The notes below the pieces were generated by a model. It did no database searches. It worked only from the letters and a program-made list of their open reading frames with translations, and was not told where the DNA came from. Made by a program: the position numbers and the translations under genes. A DNA stretch of 15,350 nt. Source: Candidatus Eiseniibacteriota bacterium. GTDB taxonomy: Bacteria; ARS69. Shown here piece by piece: positions 9,373-15,350 of this stretch. The stretch lies in NCBI GenBank assembly GCA_052390515.1, contig JBQTGV010000144.1:1-15350 (forward strand), in the 5' to 3' direction. Position 1 is the stretch's first letter. Each line of letters opens with the position of its first letter.

Positions 9373-9708
9373 TCAGTCCACCTTCACCCAGAGAACCTCG
9401 GGACGGCTCGCGGGCCGGAGCCCCGTGCGCGCGAGACGGTCCTCCAGGTGATTCCAGCCACTGAGCCTCGACTTGCGGGATGCGAGACGCATCACCGAAG
9501 TCTCCAGGCTGTCGCGGCGCGCGGTGAGATCGTCGCGCACGCGCAACTCCTGCGAGACCTCCTCCCGGATCCACACCGCGGCGAAGAGCAGCGGGATGGC
9601 CAGAAGCGCGGCGCCGGTCAGCCCCAGCACCCTCTCCCGATCCCTCCGGTGACGGCGCGCGGTCTTCGCGGCCTGTCCCGCCCTCTCCGCCGGGTTGCCC
9701 GGAATCAT
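9373..9708 (-). CDS. ftsL: Probable cell division protein FtsL
   Basis: C-terminal 111 aa of ORF 9373..10257. Basic cytoplasmic tail, one TM segment (VLGLTGAALLAIPLLFAAVWI), then a heptad-like helix ending in RL.....LE..LA..GL..P. ATG 9708 overlaps the rsmH stop. Canonical position between rsmH and ftsI. The call rests on architecture and synteny. Confidence 0.8.
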   Translation of the reverse strand: MIPGNPAERAGQAAKTARRHRRDRERVLGLTGAALLAIPLLFAAVWIREEVSQELRVRDDLTARRDSLETSVMRLASRKSRLSGWNHLEDRLARTGLRPASRPEVLWVKVD

Positions 9709-10664
9709 CTCGTACGGATCTCCTTCCCCGCCGGAGCGATCCGCTCCGCCGCGCGCAATCGCACGCTCCGCGCGCGCGGATTCGCCCGGATCTCCTCGGG
9801 CGAAGCCCCGACCGGCTTCCTGGTGAGCACCTCGAGCCATGCGCGCGCGCCCCCGCACGCGCACATGGGAAGCTCCGACGGGCAGATGCAGTCCCGCGCG
9901 GCATCCTGGAACGCGTGCTTCACGCGACGATCCTCGAGACTGTGGTAGCTCAGCACGACGACGCGCCCGCCCGGCGCGAGCACGTCGGGGAGCCCGGCGA
10001 GGAATCGGTCGAGCTCGCCGAGCTCGTCGTTCACGGCGATACGGACGGCCTGAAAGACACGCGCGAGCGACTTGTCGCGGGGCTCCCCGGGTCGGCCGGC
10101 GGCCGGCATCACCGCGCGGGCCAGCGCCGCCGTCGTGTCGATGGACTCCCGCTCCCGCGCGGCGAGCAACGCGCGCGTCACGGCGCGGGCGTGCGGAACT
10201 TCGCCCCATTCGCGAAGCGCGGACTCCAGCTCTTCGGCGCCGACCTCGGCGAGCCACTCGGCGGCCGATCGGCCGCTCCCGCGGTCGTAGCGGAGGTCGA
10301 GGGGCGCGTCGGAACGGAAGCTGAAGCCGCGCTCGGGGTCGTCGATCTGCGGCGAGGAGACGCCGAGGTCGAGCAGAACGCCGTCCACCGGGCCGCCGCG
10401 CTCCGCGAGAAGCGCCGGCAGGTCGGCGAACGAGGCGTGCACGACCTCGGCGCGCGCGCCGAATCCGGACAGACGCCGCCCCGCCGCATCCACCGCCTCC
10501 GGGTCCCGGTCCAGGGCGAGGAGCTGAACGTCGGAACGGAGCCCCAGGAGAGAGAGAGAATGGCCGGCGCGTCCCGCCGTCCCGTCGACCACGCGCTTGG
10601 CCCGCGGGGAGGCCCAGAGTCCCACCGTGAGGTCCCGCAGCACGGGCTCATGGTGGAGCTTCAC
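9705..10664 (-). CDS. rsmH: 16S rRNA m4C1402 methyltransferase RsmH (MraW)
   Basis: H.PVL, VDGT.G.AGHS, LDRDP.A, DLGVSSPQID..ERGFSF, FQAVRIAVNDEL, SYHSLEDR.VK, NPRARS..LR. GTG at 10664 with GGAGGAGG 6 nt upstream. Confidence 0.97.
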   Translation of the reverse strand: MKLHHEPVLRDLTVGLWASPRAKRVVDGTAGRAGHSLSLLGLRSDVQLLALDRDPEAVDAAGRRLSGFGARAEVVHASFADLPALLAERGGPVDGVLLDLGVSSPQIDDPERGFSFRSDAPLDLRYDRGSGRSAAEWLAEVGAEELESALREWGEVPHARAVTRALLAARERESIDTTAALARAVMPAAGRPGEPRDKSLARVFQAVRIAVNDELGELDRFLAGLPDVLAPGGRVVVLSYHSLEDRRVKHAFQDAARDCICPSELPMCACGGARAWLEVLTRKPVGASPEEIRANPRARSVRLRAAERIAPAGKEIRTR

Positions 10665-10764
10665 CGTCGGCCTCCTCCCGATTCGCGTCTCGACGACGAA
10701 CGCCGTCCCCGCCACCGTCACCACCGCACCCCCACGCGGCCGGCCATCCCCGTCCCTCTCCCGG

Positions 10765-11250
10765 TCACCCCGCGCTCCGCGGGGATCTGTCCTTCTCGAA
10801 GAAACCCTTCGCGCGCTCCTCGAACGAACCCTTGATCCGCTCCAGCTGCTTGTCGTACCGCGCCGGATTCCACAGCTCGATATGGTCGAACATGCCGAGC
10901 ACGAGCACGTCGCCGTTCTTCTCGAGCCCGCCGAGATCCATGTGGATCTGCGGGATGAGCACGCGCCCCACCGTGTCGACCGGCACGTCCATGGTGACCT
11001 TGGCCAGCTCGAGCGCGAAGTCGCGGGTCTGCTGATCCTCGAACGGGCGATCGCGGAGGCGTCGCTCGTACGCGGGCCACTCGTCTTCGGTGTAGACGCC
11101 GACACAGCCGTTGAACCCCTGGGTGAAGATCAGGACCGGCTCGGGCCCGGCCTTTTCCTTCACTCCGACGATGCGGCGGAAAGTCTTGGGCAGGGCCAGG
11201 CGGCCCTTGCCGTCCACGGAGTGTCGGAACGACCCTCGGAAGGAAGCCAC
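10765..11250 (-). CDS. mraZ: Transcriptional regulator MraZ
   Basis: F.G.F.HSVDGKGRL.LP..FR and VDTVGRVLIP (two DxxGR motifs), G..DHIELWNP. First gene of the dcw cluster. GTG start. Confidence 0.96.
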   Translation of the reverse strand: MASFRGSFRHSVDGKGRLALPKTFRRIVGVKEKAGPEPVLIFTQGFNGCVGVYTEDEWPAYERRLRDRPFEDQQTRDFALELAKVTMDVPVDTVGRVLIPQIHMDLGGLEKNGDVLVLGMFDHIELWNPARYDKQLERIKGSFEERAKGFFEKDRSPRSAG

Positions 11251-11302
11251 GAGCCCGCCCGCTCAAGCGTCCGGAGGCAGAAGACCTGCCGCAACATCGC
11301 CA

Positions 11303-11327
11303 CCCACATCGGCACACTACGACCCAC
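11303..11327 (-). promoter_or_regulatory. MraZ-binding direct repeats (dcw box)
   Basis: Minus strand GTGGG (11327-11323), GTGTG (11317-11313) and GTGGG (11307-11303) at an exact 10-bp period, 53-77 nt upstream of the mraZ start. This matches the known (G)TGGG-type 10-bp-phased MraZ operator architecture. Confidence 0.8.
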
Positions 11328-11343
11328 TTTGCCGACAGCGCAA
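11314..11343 (-). promoter_or_regulatory. Putative sigma70 promoter of the dcw operon
   Basis: TTGCGC (11343-11338), an 18-nt spacer, then TAGTGT (11319-11314). Overlaps the MraZ boxes. Confidence 0.5.
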
Positions 11344-11416
11344 GCGGAAATCGCCCCAACTTGCACAAAATCAACGAGCTAGAAGTTTGTCTAGTGCCCG
11401 GCGCGGAGGTCGGCGA

Positions 11417-12253
11417 TCACTGGTTCGTGTTGATCGAACAGTTCGCGGCGGCGAGGAGTCCGGCCGGATCCCGGACGCGCAGCGTGAAGTTCCACGTGCA
11501 GTTCGCGGAGAAGAGGTCCTGGTACACCGTGGGAGGCTGGTCGCCGATGATGACGAGCTCATCGACATCGTCGCTGGGGAACCGCCGCCAATCGGTGAAC
11601 GAATCGGCGAGGTGCTCGGAACAAGTGTTCACCGATTCCGCCCGGAGCTGGACGGAATACTCGAGCAGACTCCGCGGCGTCGCCGAACTGCGGCTCGCGT
11701 CGGAGGCAGTGATGGCGAAGGTCCACCCGGTCAGCGGCGCGATCCTGCCCCCGCAGCCGATGTTGGTCCCGATGGGCCGGATCTCCGGCAGCGGCGGGAT
11801 GTCGTCGAAGAACACGTAGAACTGCTTTCTGGCCGGGGAATCGTCGACTGCACCGCGTGCGTCGATGGACCGTGCGCGGAACTCGTACCACCCGTCGTCG
11901 AGGCCCAGGAACGTCTCGAAGTCGTCGGTGGTCCGATCCACCCAGTTCTCCGTTCCCGACTCCGAGCGCGGAGCAATGGAACGGATCACGCTTCCCTGCG
12001 TGCCTCTCGAGAAGAAGTACAGCGCATCCGTCTCGACGAGCTGATACTGGTACGCCACGACGTCGGAATCGAGGTCCGTGCCCACCCAGAGGAAGCTGAC
12101 CTCGTTCACGAACGTCGTGTCGGGCGGCGCGATGTCGAAGTACGTGTTGGGGAGGACGTTCGGCGGGGACTCCTTCTCGAATCGGAAAAGGCACCCGGAA
12201 ACGGCGAGCGCCGTGCCCGCGACCGGCATCCACAATCCGCGCGAGATTCTCAC
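11417..12253 (-). CDS. Uncharacterised lipoprotein with two predicted beta-sandwich (Ig/FN3/Y_Y_Y-like) domains
   Basis: Basic N-terminus, hydrophobic stretch and lipobox-like VSG-C (Cys21). Patterns N..P.T, V.F.W.G.D.D..V..Y.Y and L.DG.Y.F..R..D..G..D.SPA...F.V. Acidic and aromatic composition unlike the shadow ORFs. GTG start with AGGGG RBS. Confidence 0.8.
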   Translation of the reverse strand: MRISRGLWMPVAGTALAVSGCLFRFEKESPPNVLPNTYFDIAPPDTTFVNEVSFLWVGTDLDSDVVAYQYQLVETDALYFFSRGTQGSVIRSIAPRSESGTENWVDRTTDDFETFLGLDDGWYEFRARSIDARGAVDDSPARKQFYVFFDDIPPLPEIRPIGTNIGCGGRIAPLTGWTFAITASDASRSSATPRSLLEYSVQLRAESVNTCSEHLADSFTDWRRFPSDDVDELVIIGDQPPTVYQDLFSANCTWNFTLRVRDPAGLLAAANCSINTNQ

Positions 12254-12303
12254 GTTCGCCCCTAAGTCACGGTCTCCACGGAAGTTGGCTAACCTCGTGG
12301 GCG

Positions 12304-12332
12304 ACTATAGGAAGACCACCGGGCGGTGTCAA
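12304..12332 (-). promoter_or_regulatory. Near-consensus sigma70 promoter for the lipoprotein gene
   Basis: TTGACA (12332-12327), a 17-nt spacer, then TATAGT (12309-12304), about 50 nt upstream of the GTG at 12253. The -35 element contains the TGA stop of the upstream gene. Confidence 0.85.
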
Positions 12333-13759
12333 GGCAGCCCCTGGAGCCTCTCCGGGCGCATTCCCACGGCTCCGGACGGCTGGAGGATCACGACCATCCG
12401 GAACGGCGGCCGGTCCGACGGCGGCGGCGCCCCCTCGAGCGCGTAGGGCCGTCCCTCCCAGTACAGCCGCACCATGGAGTCGAAGCCGTTGCGGAACACC
12501 CAGGCGCTGCGATGCTCGCCCGGGATGCCGGCGAACACGATCGGCTCTTGCGGGTCGAGACTCTCCAGGAACGCCCACCGCCCGACGATACCGCGGGTCC
12601 ACCGCGACGCCGTCCTCCAGTCGGACTGGCGGTCGAGGTTCCCGAGGATTATCCCCAGCCCGAGCGCGACGGCAAGCGCGCGTGAGGCGATGCGCCCGCC
12701 GGGGACGTTCGCTCCGGAGAGCAGGCGGTCGGCCACGATCCCGAGTACGAGGCACGATCCGAAGGACGGCAGGTACACGAAGCGCTCGCCGCTGCCGGGC
12801 AACAGCAGGAACGGCGTCGCCGCGCCGAGCACCCAAGCGAGTCCCAGGCGAACGCTCGACGAGCCGCGAACGGCCGCAGCCGCGATCAGCGCGCCGCCGG
12901 CGAGCAGCGGGATCCCGAGCGTGGGATCCCGCAGGATCGCGACGAGACCTTCGCCTCCCCCGCTCTCCGCGAGGTCCCGGACCTTCCAGTAGCGCACCGG
13001 CACGAACCCCGCGAGCAGGAAGAACGCGACGTTCTCGAGCACGTTCGTGCCGAGGGTCGGACGGTACGGCGAGGCGTCTCCGCCGCGGTCCATCGGCAGC
13101 ACCACCAGCGCCCAGGCCGCGAGCAGCACGAGGTACGGCATCCCCTCCTCGAGCGAGGGGCGACGCGGCGTCGGCCCGCCGGCGGAGACCGGCGGCCTCC
13201 AGGCCGTCGTCAGCAGGAGCAGCGGGACGAAGGCGACCGCGTCTTCCTTGGAGAGCAGCGCCAGCGCGAACGCGGCGACCGAGAGCGTGCGGTCGCGGCG
13301 TGTTCCGCGCTCGCGCGCGCGGCGGAAGAGCCACAGCGCGAGCAGAGTGAACAGCGCGGCCCACAGCGACGTCACGCTCGACGCCCACACCACCGCCTCC
13401 ACGTGGATGAAATGCACGGCGAAGAACAGCGCGGTGAGCAGCGCCGCGCGGACCGGAGCGCCGAGCAAGCTCGCCGCGAGTCGTCCGGCGACGATGCAGA
13501 CGAGGACGTGGAGCAGGACGCCGGCGGCGTTCCACACCTGGGTGCGGTCCCCGGCGACGCCCTGCAGCACGCCGAAGTGCAGCCTCGGGATCGGCCGGTA
13601 GAAATCGACGTCCGTGGTCGAGAGACAGTCGAAGACGTCGGCGAGCGTGCGCAGGGCGTTGCGCTCGAGGTTGAGGAAGTCGTCGGACGCGAAGGAGTGG
13701 TCCAGCGTGGGCGCGAAGAGCGCGAACGACACGACGAGCAGCAGGAGCGCGCTCCTCAA
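12329..13759 (-). CDS. Polytopic GT-C fold glycosyltransferase (TMTC/PMT/ArnT-like), no TPR repeats
   Basis: Acidic DD in the loop after TM1 (FASDDF), FYRP, N...LH, ALFFAVH.IHVEAVVW, ALLSKE, ERFVYLPS.G and many TM segments. This pattern is typical of TMTC-like transferase domains. TTG start overlaps the GT2 stop (TTGA). Confidence 0.78.
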   Translation of the reverse strand: MRSALLLLVVSFALFAPTLDHSFASDDFLNLERNALRTLADVFDCLSTTDVDFYRPIPRLHFGVLQGVAGDRTQVWNAAGVLLHVLVCIVAGRLAASLLGAPVRAALLTALFFAVHFIHVEAVVWASSVTSLWAALFTLLALWLFRRARERGTRRDRTLSVAAFALALLSKEDAVAFVPLLLLTTAWRPPVSAGGPTPRRPSLEEGMPYLVLLAAWALVVLPMDRGGDASPYRPTLGTNVLENVAFFLLAGFVPVRYWKVRDLAESGGGEGLVAILRDPTLGIPLLAGGALIAAAAVRGSSSVRLGLAWVLGAATPFLLLPGSGERFVYLPSFGSCLVLGIVADRLLSGANVPGGRIASRALAVALGLGIILGNLDRQSDWRTASRWTRGIVGRWAFLESLDPQEPIVFAGIPGEHRSAWVFRNGFDSMVRLYWEGRPYALEGAPPPSDRPPFRMVVILQPSGAVGMRPERLQGLP

Positions 13760-14694
13760 CGCGGTCTCCGCATCGACGCGCGGTATCCGTCGAGGTACGC
13801 CGCCGCGCGCACGAAGTCGAACAGCGCCTCCGCGCCCGCTCCCCGCGGCAGCACGTCGCCGAGCCGGGCCGCGGGTGCCCAGAAGCTCCTGCGGCAGAGC
13901 AGGGCGCAGGCGATCTTCTTCGCGGCGAGGCCCAGCCCGTCGCGGCGGAGATCGATGGGCTCGGCGAGCTGCAGGCCGAGCTCGCTGCGGGCGGCCGGAG
14001 CCTTGCGCGCGAGAACCGGGAGCATGCGCTCCCCGTAGCGCCGGAGCCGGCGCGCCATCTCCCGCACGGAGTTCAGATCCAGGTGATAGGAGACGGCTCC
14101 CTCCGCGTAGCGGAAGCGTCCGCCGTGCGCTCCGAGCCGGTATCCGAACTCCGTGTCTTCGCCGCCGTACTCGTCGAACTCTTCGTCGAAGCCGCCGGCG
14201 CGCACGAGCATTGCGCGGGACACCGACGAGTTGCCGGTCATGAAGTAGCGCGGCGGGATCGGCTCGCCCGGCGTCACCTTCTTCACGCCGCGAGAGTCGA
14301 TGTAGTCGACGAAGGCGCCGCCGCCGACCTCCGGCGCGGTGACGATGTTGCCGAGGACGACCGTGTCGGAACCTTCGTGCGCCGAGCGGTGCGCGGCGAC
14401 GAAGCCGTCCACGACTTCCATGTCGCTGTCCAGGAAGACGACGACGTCACCCCGCGAAGCGGCGATGCCCGCGTTGCGTGCGGCGCTTCGCCCCCGGTTC
14501 TCCGGCAGATGCACGACGCGAAGCTCCATGCGCAGGCCGAGCGCCGCGAGATGATCGCCGAGCCCGGGATCCGCGCCGTCGTCCACCACGACGACCTCGA
14601 ACTCACCGGCCCCTCGCTGCGCCTCGAGGCTGCGCAGCGTCCGCTCGACGAGGGGACGACGGCCGTGCGTCGGGGTCACCACCGAGACGTTCAT
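13756..14694 (-). CDS. Glycosyltransferase family 2 (GT-A fold)
   Basis: C-terminal 312 aa of ORF 13756..15138. VSVVTPT, EVVVVDDG, N.G.SAARN.G, FLDSD (DxD), TGNSS, GGFDE.F..YGGED.EFGYRL. ATG 14694 overlaps the upstream stop (ATGA). Confidence 0.92.
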   Translation of the reverse strand: MNVSVVTPTHGRRPLVERTLRSLEAQRGAGEFEVVVVDDGADPGLGDHLAALGLRMELRVVHLPENRGRSAARNAGIAASRGDVVVFLDSDMEVVDGFVAAHRSAHEGSDTVVLGNIVTAPEVGGGAFVDYIDSRGVKKVTPGEPIPPRYFMTGNSSVSRAMLVRAGGFDEEFDEYGGEDTEFGYRLGAHGGRFRYAEGAVSYHLDLNSVREMARRLRRYGERMLPVLARKAPAARSELGLQLAEPIDLRRDGLGLAAKKIACALLCRRSFWAPAARLGDVLPRGAGAEALFDFVRAAAYLDGYRASMRRPR

Positions 14695-15350
14695 GCAACC
14701 CCCCGCATGATCACCGCCCGCGCCAGGGAGGGCAGCGCGCGGAGTTCCTGCCGGGAGAGCGCGCCGACCGCTACCAGCGCGACCGGGAAGAGCCCGAGCA
14801 GCGCCACGCGGGCGGCGAGACCCGCCGCGAGCGGGAGCCGGCCGCAGACGTCGGCGGCGAGCACCACCGCCGCTCCCGCCACGAGGACGCGCGCCGCGCG
14901 GCCGATCTCGAACGGAATGGGGAACTGCCGGTCGGACTCGCGCAGCACCACGGCGGCGAGCACCAGGTTCGTCGCGACCGTGGCCCACGCGGCTCCGAGC
15001 TCGTGCCAGATCGGGATGGCCAGCAGGTTGAGCACCGCGTTCACCGCGACCGCACCGAACACGAACAGCGGCATGCGCCGCGTGTCGCCGGCCACCTGCA
15101 TCCCCGTGCCGAAGGAGTGCGCCGCCGCGTAGAGGCACGTGGTCAGCGCCAGCGGAGGGATGACCGCCGCGGAGGGGGCGTAGATCTCCGTACCCAGCAC
15201 CGCGACCGCCTCGTGCCGCAGCGCCGCCACGGCCGTCGCGCCGCCCACCAGCACGATGAACAGGTGGCGGAAGACCCGGGCGATCTCCACCGGCCCCCCT
15301 CCCTGCCGCGCGCGGGAGAAGGCGAACGAGGGCCAGGCGAGCTGGATGGA
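14691..15350 (-). CDS. Wzx-like oligosaccharide flippase (MOP superfamily), C-terminal part; the 5' end lies beyond the window
   Basis: Frame is open to the window edge (SIQLAWPSFAFS...). Hydrophobic helices with Y..SA.VIP.L and A.VN.VLNLL.IP.W...GAAWAT, typical of the polysaccharide-biosynthesis C-terminal domain. Confidence 0.8.
   Translation of the reverse strand, partial: SIQLAWPSFAFSRARQGGGPVEIARVFRHLFIVLVGGATAVAALRHEAVAVLGTEIYAPSAAVIPPLALTTCLYAAAHSFGTGMQVAGDTRRMPLFVFGAVAVNAVLNLLAIPIWHELGAAWATVATNLVLAAVVLRESDRQFPIPFEIGRAARVLVAGAAVVLAADVCGRLPLAAGLAARVALLGLFPVALVAVGALSRQELRALPSLARAVIMRGVA

Noticed and set aside
10665..10764. Actinobacterial mraW RNA motif
   Set aside because: The position fits, but the characteristic CUUCCCC-loop hairpin is not visible.
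9373..11105. Long N-terminal extensions on RsmH (to 11105) and FtsL (to 10257)
   Set aside because: They are off-frame overlaps with mraZ and rsmH. Better starts exist at 10664 (strong RBS) and 9708 (ATGA coupling).
12329..13759. O-antigen polymerase/ligase or PglB-type oligosaccharyltransferase
   Set aside because: No WWD motif is present, and the motif pattern (DD, YRP, H..E.V.W, SKE) fits TMTC/PMT-like GT-C better.
85..15132. Many long plus-strand ORFs (e.g. 85..1323, 2395..3783, 4881..6701, 7671..9464, 11111..12265, 14083..15132)
   Set aside because: They are antisense shadows of well-supported minus-strand genes. High GC depletes stop codons, and the products are R/A/G/P-rich with no recognisable motifs.
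13756..15138. 460-aa version of the GT2
   Set aside because: The extension overlaps the flippase in another frame. The GT2 domain starts at ATG 14694.
1..15350. CRISPR arrays, tRNA/rRNA genes, IS elements, phage or defence genes
   Set aside because: I saw no regularly spaced repeats, RNA gene signatures, transposase or integrase motifs. Coding density leaves no unexplained space larger than about 170 nt.

Overview
Very GC-rich bacterial DNA. Every gene I can support lies on the minus strand. Positions 121-11250 are the first part of a canonical division and cell wall (dcw) cluster, in transcription order mraZ-rsmH(mraW)-ftsL-ftsI-murE-murF-mraY-murD-ftsW-murG. Its promoter region carries three 10-bp-phased GTG(G/T)G MraZ-type boxes. 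Upstream in the same orientation are an uncharacterised two-domain beta-rich lipoprotein with its own near-consensus sigma70 promoter, and the 3' end of a translationally coupled glycan operon: a Wzx-like flippase (truncated by the window), a GT2 glycosyltransferase and a TMTC-like GT-C membrane glycosyltransferase. The two most unusual signals are an FtsI with intact catalytic motifs that appears to lack about 65-70 residues of the pedestal 'head' subdomain, and a possible protein or envelope glycosylation module next to a candidate substrate lipoprotein and the dcw operon. The lipoprotein style suggests a diderm FCB-related or candidate-phylum host, but this is inference only. No RNA genes, CRISPR arrays or mobile elements were seen.
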